NCBI RefSeq assembly: GCF_036365525.1
Contig: NC_090402.1
Location: forward strand, 49,017,700 to 49,081,699
DNA: 64,000 bases
From: Heterodontus francisci
Lineage: Eukaryota
Reading direction: 5' to 3'
Shown here: positions 49,501 to 60,915 of the stretch, in pieces
Layout of the letters: every line of letters begins with the position of its first letter
How positions within the stretch are numbered: position 1 is the stretch's first letter
The notes under the pieces: generated by a model
Told to the model about the DNA's origin: nothing
Seen by the model: only the letters and a program-made list of their open reading frames with translations
Database searches by the model: none
Position numbers and translations under genes: made by a program

Positions 49501-52206
49501 TGCACACTCTTGAATGCCTTCGCATCTTCTGATATTGTGGTGCCCAGGATTGGACACAATGCTGCAATTGAGGCTGAATCGGTTTTATACAAGTTCACCA
49601 TAACTTCCTTGCTTTTGTACTTTTTGTACTCTGTGCCTCTATTTAGAAAGCCCAGGATCCCACATGCCTTATTAATGCCATTCCTAACCTGTCCTGGACA
49701 TATATCCCAGGGCCCTCTGTTCCTTCACCCCCTTTAGAATTGTATCCTTTATTTTATAATGCCTTTGCTGGAATTCCTACGAAAATATATAAGTTGACTC
49801 TTCTCTGCATTGAATTTCATCTGCCACATGTCTCCCCATTCCACCAGCCTGTCTAAGCCCTCTTGAAGGCAATCACTATCCTCATCACAGTTCACAGTAC
49901 TTCCAAGTTCTGTGTCATTTTCAGATTTTGAAATTGTGCCCTGCACACCCAGATCTAGGTCATTAATATAGATCAAGAAAACCAGAGCTCCTCGTACCAA
50001 TTCCCAGGGGAACCCAAGTATATACCTTCCTCCAGTCTGAGAAACAATTGTTGACCACTACTCTCTGTTTCCTGTCACTCAGCCAACTTTGTATCCATGC
50101 TGCTAATGTACCTTTTATTCCATGGGCCTCAACTTTGCTGACAAACCTGTTATGTGGCACTTTGATAACACCTTTTGGAAATGCACGTACACCACATCAA
50201 CCGCATTACACTCAAGCATTTCTGTTACCTCACCAATAAATTCAATCAAGTTAGTTAAACATGATTTGCCTTTAACAAATCTGTGCTGGCTTTCCTTAAT
50301 TGTTCCGTTTGTCTAAGTGACTGTTAATTTTGTCCCAGATTATCGATTCTAAAAGTTTTCCTGCCACCAAGGTTAAACTGACTGGCCTGTAGTTGCTGAG
50401 TTGATCCTTTACACTGTTTTCGGAAGAAGGGTGTAACATTAGCAATTCTCCAGTCCTGTGGCATCACCCCTGTATCTAAGGAGGATTGGAAGATTATGGC
50501 CAGCACCTCCGCAATTTCCACCCTTGCTTCCCTCAGTATTTCGAATACATCTCATCCAGTCCTGGTGACTTAGCAATTTTAAATACAATCTGCCTTTTTA
50601 ATAGGTCTTCCTTATCAATTCTTAGCGCTTCCAGTGTCTCAAGTACCTCTTTCCCTACAACTTGGGAAGCATCTTCTTCTTTGGTAAAGACAGATGCAAA
50701 GTAGTCATTTGGTACCTCAGCCACACCCTCTGCCTCCATGTGTAAATCCACGTTTTGGTCCCTAATGGGCCCCACCCCTCCTCTTACTACCCTTTTAATA
50801 TTTATAAGCCTATGGAAGACGTTTGGATTGCCTTTTATGTTAGCTGCCAGTCTCTTTTCATACTCTATCTTTGCCTCTCCTATTTCCTTTTTCACTTCCA
50901 CTCTGAACTTTCTGTATTTAGACTGATTCCCACTTTTGTAAGATCAACCTGACATCTTTCATATGCATCCTTTTTCTGCTTCATCTTACTCTCTATCTCA
51001 TTCATCGTCTAGAGAGTTTTGGCTTTGCTTGCATACTTTTTCCCTTCATGGGACTGCTGTCCCTTGTTCTCATTGCAGCTCATATCAGTTTCATTGGGCA
51101 GGGTGTTTTACTGGTGGGCTGTATAGGGTGTAAAACAGGTGGATGTATAATGGGTGGGATGTATAATGAGTGGGATGTCTCATGGGCATGGTGTATCGCA
51201 GGCGGGTATTACCGCACCAATCCACTGATACCCATTTTTCACCAACACCAACATTTAAAGTCTGTCCATTACAATATCTAACACTTTGCTGAAATCTAAA
51301 TATCTGGCACCCACATAATTCCCGTGGCCAGCAAAGTTCACCATTTCTTTCAAGACCTTCAGTAAACTTGTTAGACAAGTCTTCTCATAATTGCATAACT
51401 AATCCCTCTAATCCTACTGTATCCCAGTTCATTATCCCCTCTTTCAGAATACCTACCAACGATTTACCCTCGACCAATGACAAAGTCTCTGACCTTTTGC
51501 CTCTTGGGTCATCCGATGGGATTTTTTTTTCAAGATTGCTGCTACATTCCTTACTTTCCAAACCTCAGGCTGTGATCTCATTCCTAATGATTCCCTAAGA
51601 TAAGGGCATGCACAAGACCAATCTTCCTGGCCATTTCTTTAAATAACACTGTCGGACACCCACTCAGGCTTAGTACCTTGTCTTCATTAATCTCCCTCAG
51701 TTTATCAGTGAAATTTAAGTTCCCTTCAGCACTTCTCTCAGATAGGTAAATACGAAGATGTGGAGGATTCACAGGAAACAGAAAACAATAATTAATTTAG
51801 TACAATTACTATCACTTGCTCACTTGTTATTATGGGACCTTTGGGATCTTTCAATGGTTCCATCCTTCCCAATATTTCATTACAATGCTATTGGTTACAA
51901 GGAGGTGTCCAGCAAGTGCTGAGCTGCTGTTTCAACCTCAACACATTCAGTCACTCCTGAATCTTCTGACACTGTTGCAGAAATGTTATATCTTTTACTC
52001 CTCTCTGACCCATGATAGAATAGTCGGAGCAGATACTCTCCTTTAGAATGTTTGTAGGTCTCCAGAAGAGCCTGTATTTCTGTTAGGCTCAGTTGAGATC
52101 AGACCCCAATTGAACAGGTAATTAATATTAACTCACCTGCCCCAGCAGAATGGAGGGCGATCGCACACAATGTGGCCAACAGCACTAGAAGAGAAAGTGG
52201 CTTCAT
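34234..52206 (-). CDS. Spliced 194-aa secreted prepropeptide, cationic amphipathic host-defence-peptide-like; join(52206-52137,48922-48857,47639-47574,45045-44974,34544-34234)
   Basis: Exon lengths 70+66+66+72+311=585 nt form one open frame with GT-AG phase-1 junctions: MKPLSLLVLLATLCAIALHSAGA EEALREEDDSEFDVTEPQMQEL EEALRELDDSESEVSNLENQDL ETIARTLIQSGLPEDQTDTAKR GLKKFLKKAKKIAKKIAKKIKKIMKKVAKKLKKIVKKVAKKMKKTLKPKYPV TEEKAPPSAEEEPPAEQELPAEEEPP(AEQEPP)x4AEV*. Confidence 0.85.
34240..34370 (-). repeat. 18-bp coding tandem repeat (GCTGAGCAAGAGCCTCCG, AEQEPP), about 7.5 units
   Basis: Visible on + strand as repeated CGGAGGCTCTTGCTCAGC. Confidence 0.95.
34410..34533 (-). repeat. 33-bp coding tandem repeat (KKx KKxx KKxx), about 3.7 units
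   Basis: AAGAAAGCAAAGAAAATAGCGAAGAAAATAGCA / AAGAAAATAAAGAAAATAATGAAGAAAGTAGCA / AAGAAACTAAAGAAAATAGTGAAGAAAGTAGCA / AAGAAAATGAAGAAAACTTTG. Confidence 0.9.
35814..38152. mobile_element. Penelope-like element (RT C-terminus + GIY-YIG) with long inverted arm and 12-bp TSD
   Basis: Minus ORF 36339-36764 NLVYCIRCSQCGLLYIGETKRRLGDRFAEHL (GIY-YIG). Plus-strand PFLNFSV...IHYKLTDSHSYLDY and a second GIY-YIG at ~37340-37690. CCCAGAGCAATA at 35802-35813 and 38153-38164. Confidence 0.88.
35919..35955 (-). ncRNA. Minimal hammerhead-ribozyme motif in Penelope terminus
   Basis: AGTT-CTGAAGA-A-GGGTCA-C-TGACCT-GAAA-CG-TT-AACT: CUGANGA and GAAA cores, stem II hairpin, palindromic stem III and AGTT/AACT stem I. 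Variants at 1672-1708, 2059-2095 and 38053-38089. Confidence 0.6.
38395..38692 (+). repeat. 76-bp GC-rich tandem monomers (about 4) at the 5' end of a CR1
   Basis: GGACCTGC recurs at 38411, 38487, 38563 and 38639. Confidence 0.92.
38395..42883 (+). mobile_element. Essentially full-length decayed CR1 LINE (5' monomers, ORF1 esterase, ORF2 APE+RT, 3' UTR) in intron 4
   Basis: ORF1 from ATG 38887 including 39230-39826 (VIGNSIVRGIDT...WDGLH); APE 40148-40870; RT 41297-42406; tail ATTTCTTATGTTTTTATGTTC. Confidence 0.9.
43230..44170 (+). mobile_element. CR1/HER1 LINE 3' fragment, relatively young
   Basis: ORFs 43069-43806 (KFADDTK...[13 protein letters not shown]) and 43788-44084; tail GTACTGTTCTATGTTCTAT. 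Confidence 0.9.
44974..45045 (-). CDS. Prepropeptide exon 4 (ETIARTLIQSGLPEDQTDTAKR-GL)
   Basis: tgtctcctattttag|AAACAATAGC...GAAGCGAGGCCTGA|gtaagt; 72 nt, phase 1-1; carries the KR site. Confidence 0.85.
46945..47510 (-). mobile_element. CR1 LINE 3' fragment
   Basis: ORF 47201-47392 (IPGLRRLNCEDSLHKFGLYSLEFRRLR) plus 3' UTR. Confidence 0.75.
47574..47639 (-). CDS. Prepropeptide exon 3 (EEALRELDDSESEVSNLENQDL)
   Basis: ttctatttatttcag|AAGAGGCGTTG...GATCTGG|gtaagt; 66 nt, phase 1-1. Confidence 0.85.
48857..48922 (-). CDS. Prepropeptide exon 2 (EEALREEDDSEFDVTEPQMQEL)
   Basis: ttctatttatttcag|AAGAGGCGCTG...GAGCTGG|gtaagt; 66 nt, phase 1-1. Confidence 0.85.
49210..51047 (-). mobile_element. 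Decayed CR1 LINE fragment (RT region)
   Basis: ORF pieces 50533-50901, 50324-50521 (DWRIANVTP), 49963-50160, 49749-50000. Confidence 0.8.
52137..52206 (-). CDS. Prepropeptide exon 1, signal peptide MKPLSLLVLLATLCAIALHSAGA
   Basis: GGGAAAATGAAG start context; basic n-region, hydrophobic core, A-G-A cleavage motif; donor CAG|GTGAGT. Confidence 0.88.
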
Positions 52207-52224
52207 TTTCCCGAGCTGTGAAGT

Positions 52225-52555
52225 CGAGTGATGAGCTACAGTCTCCTCTGCCCCTTATGTACCATCTTATCATCACATCTCAGAATTTGTCCTAATCTCA
52301 CTTTCCAAGAAAAACCTTGTTCTTTGTCAGGACAATGCTCACCTGGTTGACAATCTGATTCCAGGTAATAGCTGTGACAGATAGGAGGAGGCCAGACCTC
52401 AAATGAGTCACTGCATGTCTTTAAAGCATTCATTGTTCTTTCATTTCTTATTCTCAGCCCTGTTATACAAAGATTGCCCATAACAGAGGGAGTCACAGTG
52501 TGAGTCAAATGATGAGATCGGTAGATTCTGAGGTGCAGGCCTGTTGCGGTCAAAT
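52225..52555 (-). promoter_or_regulatory. Candidate proximal promoter of the prepropeptide gene
   Basis: TATA-like TACATAAG (52261-52254), Inr-like TCACTC about 30 nt downstream, GATAAG (52271-52266), STAT/GAS TTCCAAGAA (52303-52311), AP-1 TGAGTCA (52404-52410, 52501-52507), RUNX-like TGCGGT (52545-52550). Confidence 0.55.
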
Positions 52556-53284
52556 GTGTAAGTTACTGTGAAAAATAATTCAGGGTTTATAATTATTTCA
52601 AACACCGGGTGTGTAGAGATCATGGACCTCTTTGTCTCCAACATTGAGACAATGTCCAGAGCTGTCTCTGCCAATGTTCTCTTTTCTCTCCCTTTTGCTT
52701 CTGACTTTGCCCCAATTCACCAACCTTGTACATCCCAGATCCTGAGACTGCAGTTTCACTCCATCTACTCCCATGCCCATCTTTGGATCCCCCATTCAAC
52801 CCTTAGTCACTCAACTCTTGACCACGCAGCATTTGTTCCTGGATGCCGTGCTAGTGGGCATTGTTAACAGCTCCCATCCTCTGGGAACATTGTTTCTCCT
52901 TTCAAATCGGCCATCATCGGCTCCTCCTCAGAACACCCAATTTGACCACATCAGTTCTCTCCAACAAGTGCTTCATCTCAAACCTCCCAGTTCTCTCTAG
53001 ATCCTCAAATACATCATCACCTCACAACTCCATGCCCGTCTCCCTCTATACAATCTGTCTGAATCCATCCAGTATGTTTTCTAAACTTCCCACAGCACAG
53101 AAACATATCCACAAAATGACATTTTTTTTGAATAAGATGCAGAATCCCTTGTTATTTATTTATTTCTTTAGAGATACAGCACTGAAACAGGCCCTTCGGC
53201 CCACCGAGTCTGTGCCGACCATCAACCACCCATTTATACTAATCCTACATTAATCCCATATTCCTACCACATCCCCACCTGTCC

Positions 53285-54240
53285 CTCCTCTATCATTCTA
53301 CAGTGTTTGATACATTTGGCTACACCATCCTCCTTTGTCGCCTGTCCTCCATTGCTCAGATCTGTGGGACTGCCCTGACAGTTGACCATCGAGCACAACT
53401 CTAGCAATGGCTTCTCTTCACATCCCTGCACCATTAGCTCTGGAATCCCTGAGGATCTATCCTTGGCCTCTTTCTCTTCCTCATCTGCAAACTGCCCCTT
53501 GGTGACATCATCTCCAGGCATAGGGTCAGCCTCCGCATGTATGTTGGTGACATCCAGCACTATCTCTCCATCAGCTGTTGTAAAGCCCCAACCTCCTCTG
53601 TGCTGTCAGATTATTTCTCAGACATCGAGTCGTTGATCAGTCACAACTTCCTCCTATTAGGCATTGGGAAGATTGTTCCATCCCTCGTCATCAACTCCAC
53701 TTCCTTCACTCTGACTCCATCTTCCAGTCTGGCCACACACACTGAACTAGGCCACACACAGAACCTTTGCACCTTGTCTGGCTCACAAGTTAGCTTCAAA
53801 TACCAAATAAATTGCCGCTAGTGTAGGTAGGTGGTAGGGAATATGGGATTAATGTAGGAGGGGATGTGGTAGGGAACATGGGATTAATATAGGATTAGTA
53901 CAGATGGGTGGTTGATGGTCGCACAGACTCGGTGGGCCGAAGGGCCTGTTTCAGTGCTGTATCTCTCTATGACTCTATGACTAAGACTGATCATTTCCAT
54001 CCTCACAACATTACCACCTATTAACTTCTCTGCAGCCCCTGAAAAACTTATTCATCACTCTGTTACCTCAGGACTCAATCATTCCAATGCCCTCCTGATC
54101 AGTCTCCTGTCCTCCAACATGATCGAAACTCATCTGCCCATCTGCTGTCCCACATTAATTTCTGCTCGCTCCATACATCATCCTTTCATACATTTGCTCG
54201 CTGTCGCCTGAAGCTTTATTTTGAAATCCTGTGCTGATTT
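53285..54240 (+). mobile_element. L2 LINE fragments interleaved with partial HE1 SINEs (53165-53280 minus, 53810-53985 plus)
   Basis: Degenerate L2 RT-like text (GIPEDLSL..., MYVGDIQHYLS) and HE1 3' halves. Confidence 0.6.
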
Positions 54241-55544
54241 TCCGATCTGGGTCTGTTGCTTGTAATGTGGAACTCAACTGTACCATTCCCATATTGGAGT
54301 AGGAATCAGTTGAAATAGTGAGCTGTTAAAGCGCGAACTGAACTGCCCGAAAAATGGAACATGCTCCAACTGTCGAGTGTGCAAGTAACAGGAATGTATC
54401 AGTGAATGGATGTTTGGTGTGTATCAATCAAGTAAAAATTCACAGCTGCTCACCTCCATTCCCAGCCGCAAAAGTGTGCAGAATATAGTGGTTCTAAAAA
54501 ATATCTTCTGTATGATTCCCTCGGGAATTGCATTTCTACTAACATCCTTGTAGCATAATGGTGGAAACACCTAATGACCGTCTCACAATTTGCCCTCTAT
54601 ATAGGGTTTGGTGGGATATTGGTTATTTTGGACTTGAAATACTGGACAAAGAATGCAGGGAATGCTGAGTTCAAATCCCACCATGGCATTTTGAGAGTTG
54701 GAATTCAGTTAAAAAAAAATTTGGATTATTAAAAGTGACCCCTGAAGCTGTTGGATTGTTGTAAAAACCTAATTAGTTTACTTTGGCTTTTATATGACTT
54801 CAGTCATGGTTGTCTCTTAATTTCCCTCTGAAGTGGCCTTACAAATTCCTCAAGTTAGTTCAAAAAGAAGGCCCATCTTCTCAAAGCAGCCAGGGTTGGG
54901 CAATAAATGCCAGTCTTGTCAGTGACACCCAGATCCCCAGAATTAATCTTTAAAAACTCCATCGAGGTTTACAGCACAGAAGGAGGTCATCTGTTGCCAA
55001 CACTCACTGCTACAAACTAAGTCAGCAACCTTCAGCACCTCTTTTGTCCATTACCCACCACTTCTCCCCAAAAGAAAAGAGAATCAGAAAAGAAGCAAAA
55101 GGTGGGGAGTAGTTAGAGAAATATAGCCATTAGCAGCAGCAACACAAAGATGAGCCACAAATAAGAAATAGACCATGTGCACTGATTCACCTTGAGCAAC
55201 AGCACAGGAGCACTGTTTATACACTGTTCAAAGTCTTCGATAAGGAACAAAGGAACAGGAAGAGGCCATTCAGCCACTTCAGCCTGTTTCACCATTTCGT
55301 TAGATCATTGCTGATCTGCACGTCAACTTTATTTACCTCTCTTTAATCCATATCCCTCAATCTCCTTGCCTAACTGAAATCTATCAGTCTCAGGCTTGAA
55401 AGCTCTAGCATCCTCAACATTTTGGGGGAAGAGACTTCCAGATTCCCTCTTAGTGTGAAAAATTGCTTGCTGATGTCACTCCTAGCTCTAATGTTAAGAT
55501 TAGCTTACCTTGCTCTGGAATCCCCCATCAGAGGAAATCAGCCG

Positions 55545-55860
55545 TGTAGCTGAGGCTCAGTTGGTAGCACACTCACGGCAAGTCATAAGGTTGTGGGTCC
55601 CACTTCAGAGACTTGAGCACAAAATCTAGGCTGACACCTCACTGCAGTACTGAAGGATTGCTGCACTGTCAGAGGTGCCATCTTTCAGATGAGATATTAA
55701 TCCAAGGTCTTGTTTATCCTCTCAGGTGGATGTAAAAGATCCCATGGCAGTATTTTGAAGACGAGCAGAGGAGTTATCCCTGGTATTCTGGCCAATGTTT
55801 ATCCTCAACCAACATTGCTGTTTGTGGGAGCTTGCTGTGCGCAAATTGGCTGACACAATT
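55545..55860 (+). mobile_element. Deu-domain SINE (SacSINE1-like)
   Basis: tRNA-like head followed by CTGCACTGTCAGAGGTGCCATCTTTCAGATGAG...CTCAGGTGGATGTAAAAGATCCCATGGC. Related pieces at ~3905-4115, 21490-21720 and 44480-44720. Confidence 0.6.
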
Positions 55861-58800
55861 TTTTTTATTTGCTTATGGAACGTGGGTGTCCCTGGCAAAG
55901 CCAGCATTTATTGCCTATCCCTTATTGCCCTTCAGAAAGTGCTAATGAACTACCTTCTTGAACTGCTGCAGTCCATGTGAGGTAGGTACACCCATAGTGC
56001 TGTTAAGAAGGAAGTTCCATGATTTTGACCCAGCAACAGTGAAGGAATGCTGACATTTTTCCAAGTCTAGAAAGTGTGTACCTTGGAGGGATAGTGGTGT
56101 TCCCATTCATCTGTTGCCCTTGCTCTTCTAGGTAGAGGTTGTAGGTTTGGATGGTGCTGTCCAAGGAGCCTTGGCGAGTTGCTGCAGTGGATATTGTATC
56201 TGGTACACACTGCCGCCACTGTGCACCGATGGTGAAGGGAGTGAATGTTTAATGTGGTAGATGGGGTGCCAGTCAAGTGGGCTTCTTTGTCCTGGATAGT
56301 TGAGCTTCTTATGTGTTGTTGGAACTGCATTCATCCAGGCAAGTGGAGTGTATTCCATCACACTCCTGACTTGCGCCTTGTAGATGGTGGACAGAATTTG
56401 GGGGTCAGGAGTTGAGTTACTCGCCGCAAAATTCTCAGCCTCTGACCTGCTCCTGTAGCCATGGTATTTATATGGCTGGTCCAGTTAAGTTTCTGGCAAT
56501 GGTAACCCACAGGTTGTTGATGCTGGGGTTTCAGCAATGGTAATGCCCTTGAATGTCAAGGGAGATAGTTAGATTCTCGTTTGAAATGGTCATAACCAGG
56601 CACTTGTGTGGCGTGAATTTTACTTGCCACTTATCAGCCCAAGCCTGAATATTGTTCAGGTCTTGCTGCATGCGGGCATGGTCTGCTTCAGTATCTGAGA
56701 AGTTGTGAATTGTGCTCACACTGTGCAATCATCAGTAAACATCCGCACTTTTGACCTTATGTTGGAGGGAAGGTCATCGGTGAAGCAGCTAAAGATGGTT
56801 GGGCCTAGGACACTAGCCTTAGAACCCCTGCAGTGTGTTCAGGGACTGAGGTGATTGGCCTCCAAATCTTCCTTTATGGTAGGATGAACCCAACCAATGG
56901 AGCGTTTTCCCCCAATTCCCATTGACTTCAATTTTACTAGGGCTCCTTGATGTCATACTTGCTCAAATCCTGCCTTGATGTCAAGGGCAGTCACTCTCAC
57001 CTCATCGCTTGATATCAATGTTGAGGAGACTTTCCATCACTTTACTGATGATCAAGAGTAGACTGATGAAGTAGTAATTAACCGGGTAGATTTGTCCTGC
57101 TTTTTGTGGGCAGGACATACCTGGGCAATTTTCCATATTGCCGGGTAGATGCCAGTGCTATAGCTGTACTGGAACAACTTGGTTCGGGGTGCAGCTGGTT
57201 CTGAAGTACAAGTCTTCAGTACGACAGCTGTGATGTTGACAGGGCCCGTAGCTTTTGCTGTGTTCCTGTACCCTCAGCTGTTTCTTGATATCACATAGAG
57301 TGAATCGAATTGGCTGATGCTTCAGCTTTGTCTTTTGCACTAATGTGCTGGGCTCTTTCAGTGTTGAAGATGGTGATGTTTGTGTTACCTCCTCTGGCTA
57401 ATGGTTTAATTGTCCGCCAGCATTTGGAACTGGGTATAACAGGGCTGCAGAGCTTTGATCTGGTTTGTTGGTTATGGGATGGCTTAGCTGTGTCTGTAGC
57501 ATGCTGCTTCCGCTGTTCAGCATGCATGTAGTCCTGTGTTGTAGCTTCACCTTGGAGTCACACAACACAGAAACAGGCCCTTTGGCCCATCGTGTCTATG
57601 CCTGCCATCAAGCACCTAACTATTCTAATCCCATTTTCCAGCACTTGGCCCGTAGCCTTGCATGCTATGGCGTTTCAAGTGCTCATTTAAATACTTCTTA
57701 AATGTTGTGAGGGTTCCTGCCTCTACCATCCCTTCAGGCAGTGCGTTCTGGATTCCAACCATCCTCTGAGTGAAAATTTTTTCCTCAAATCCCTTCTAAA
57801 CCTCCTGCCCCTTACCTTAAATCTATGCCCCCTGGTTATTGACCTCTCCCCAAGGGAAAAAGTTTCTTCATATCTAACCTATCAATGCCCCTCATAATTT
57901 TGTATACCTCAATCAGGTCCCCCCTCAGCCCCATTTCCCACAAGGAAAACAACCCTAGACTTTTCAGTCTCTCTTCATAGCTGAAATGCTCCAGCCCAGG
58001 TAACATCCTGGTGAATCTCCTCTGCACCCTCTCGAGTGCAATCACACCATTCCTATGTGGTGCCCAGAACTGTATACAATACTGCAGCTGTAGCCTAACT
58101 AGCGTTTTGTACAATTCCATCATAACCTCCTTGCTCTTATATTCTATGCCTCGGCTAATAAAGGCAAGTATCCCATATGCCTTCCTAACCACCTTATCTA
58201 CTTGTGCTGCTGCCTTCAGTGATCTATGGACAAGTACACCAAGGTCCCTCCGACCCTCTGTACTTCCTAGGATCCTGCCATCCATTGAATATTCCTTTGC
58301 CTTGTTAGCCCTCCCAAAATGCATTGCCTCACACTTCTCAGGATTAAATTCCATTTGCTACTGCTCCACCCATCTTACCAGCCCATCTATATCATCCTGT
58401 AATCTAAGGCTTTCCTCTTGACTATTTACAGCACCACCAATTTTCGTGTCATCTGCAAACTTACTGATCATACATCCTATATTCAAGTCTAAATCACTAA
58501 TGTATTCACGTCTAAATCATTACTGTCCAGATTGGCATCTCATTTGTGGGTATGCCTGTTGCTGCTCATGGCTTGCCCTGCACTCCTCATTGAACCTGCA
58601 TTGGTCCCCTGGCTTGATGGAAATGATAGAGTGAGGCGATATGTCAGACCAAGAGGTTATAGATTCTGGTTGAATAAAATTCTGGTGCTGTCGATGGCCT
58701 ATAGCACCTCATGGATGCTGCTAAATCTGTTCTGAATCTATCCCATTTAGCACGTAGTAGTGCTACACATCACAATGGAGGGTCTTCTCAGGGTGAAGAC

Positions 58801-59470
58801 AGGACTTCGTCTCCACAAGGACTGTGCGGTTGTCACTTCTACCAATACTGTCATGAATAGATGCATCTGCGACTGGTAGATTGGTGAGGACCAGGTCAAG
58901 TAGGTTTTTCCCTCTTATTGGTTCTCTCACCACCCTCCGCAGGCCCAGTCTGGCAGATATGTCTTTCAAGACTCGGTCATCTTGATTATAGTGGTGCTAC
59001 TGAACTGCTCTTGATGATGGACATTGAAGTTCCCCACCCAGAGTACATTTTGTGCCCTTGCTATCCTCAGTGCTTCCTCCAAGTGGTGTTCAACATGGAG
59101 GAGCACCGATTCATCATCTGAGGGAGGGCAGTAGGTGGTAATCAGAAGGCGGTTTCCTTGCCCTTGTTTGACCTAATGCCATAAGACTTCATGGGGTCTG
59201 GAGTCAATGTTGCGGACTCCCAGGGCCACTCCCTCCTGACTGTATAAAACTGTGTTTCCACCTCTGGTGGTAGGACAGGACATACCCAGAGATGGTGAAG
59301 GAGGTGTCTGGGACATTAGCTATAAGGCATGAAACAGTGAATATGACCTTGTCAGGTTGTTGCTTAACTAGTCTGTAGGATAGCTCTCCCAATTTTGGTA
59401 CAAGACCCCAGATGCTGGTGAGGAGGTTTTTGCAGGATTGACAGGCCTGGTTGTGCCATTGTTGTTTTCA
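55860..59470 (-). mobile_element. Long decayed LINE (CR1/L2-superclade family) with nested CR1
   Basis: ORF pieces 59204-59392, 58763-58969, 57158-57527, 56531-56728 and 56067-56361 are colinear with the 29300-33400 copy. Confidence 0.8.
57553..58503 (-). mobile_element. CR1/HER1 LINE 3' fragment
   Basis: ORF 57836-58354 (MEFNPEKCEAMHFGR...LERVQRRFTRMLPG). Confidence 0.88.
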
Positions 59471-59514
59471 GTGCTTAGGTCAATGCAGGGTGGCCTGTTC
59501 AGTTTTTTTTTTAA

Positions 59515-59832
59515 GAGAGTCATAGAGAGATGCAGCACTGAAACAGGCCCTTCAGCCCACCGAGTCTGTGCTGACCAACCACCCACTTATACTATTCTGA
59601 CATTAATCCCATATTCCCTACCACATCCCCACCATTCTCCTACACTAGGGGCAATTTACAATGGCCAATTTACTTATCAACCAGCAAGTCTTTGGCTGTG
59701 GGAGGAAACCGGAGCACCCGGTGGAAACCCACATGGTCACAGGGAGAACTTGCAAACTCCACACAGGCAGTACCCAGAACCGAACCAGGGTCACTGGAGC
59801 TGTGAAGCTGCAGTGCCACCCACTGCACCACT
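59515..59832 (-). mobile_element. HE1-type SINE
   Basis: Reverse complement of the 3587 and 62712 SINE sequence. Confidence 0.8.
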
Positions 59833-60915
59833 CTAATTCAACTTATTTTAACTTATCTTATTCAACTTTTCTGCAGTGGTTTGATACAACTGAGTGGCTT
59901 GCTAGGCTGTTTCAGAGGGCAATTAAATGTCAACCACATTGTTAGGGGGCTAGAGTCGCATGTAGGCTAGACCAGGTAAGGGCAACAGATTTCTGTCCCT
60001 AAAGGACATTAGTGAACCAGATGGGTTTTTAGAACAATCCGGTAGTTTCATGGTCACCAGTACTTAGCTTTTTATCGCAGATTTAACAATTAATTGAATT
60101 TAAATTCCGCCTACATTTTCCTATATTACAACAGTGACTACACTTCAAAAGTACTTCATTGTCTGTAATGTATTTGGGTCTTGAAAGATGCTCTGTAATT
60201 TCAAGTCTTTTTCAAATCGTTTCTCTGCATCTATCCCATCAAATCCCTTCATCATTTTCACCAACTATTTGTTTCTTTCTGCCGTGCAAATGAGATTTAT
60301 GCTCCCAAAAGCTTTCTGGAAAAACTAAGTGACTACGGTGATGTCAAGGAAAATTAGAAAAAAGGTCAAAGCTAAAGGCACTTATAGCTATGCAAAGCAT
60401 TTGCAACAAATTAGATAAGTAATAGTATAGATAGAAATTAATAATTGATCTAATAGCCAAATGGAGACATGGTTGCAAAGTGACCAAGGTTGGGAAGTAA
60501 ATATTCCAGGATACTTTTAGAAGAGATATTCAAAATGGAAAGGGAGAAGGGGTTGCCTGATAATAAAGGTTCGGATAAAGACAATGGAGAGAAACGAATC
60601 TCAGAGAAAATCAAGAAGTAGAATCAGTTTGGGTGGAGATAAGGAACAGCAAGGGGCAGAAACCATTGTTTGGAATTGTTTTTAGGCACCCGAATAGTAG
60701 TTGTAGTGTAGGTCAGGGTATAAATTAGGAAAGTAGAGGTGCATATAAGAAGGTTAATAAAGTAATCATAGGAGAGTTTAATCTCCATGTAGACTGGGCA
60801 AACCAAATTTGCAATGATCGTGTGAAGGACGAGTTCTTGGAATGTATACAAGATGGTTTTCTAGATCAGTATGTTGAGGAACCAACAGCAACAGGCTATT
60901 TGGGATCTAGTATTA

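Noticed and set aside
53165-53985. Inverted HE1 halves as an inversion or composite transposon
   Set aside because: The L2 sequence between and beyond them keeps the same orientation, so independent insertions suffice.
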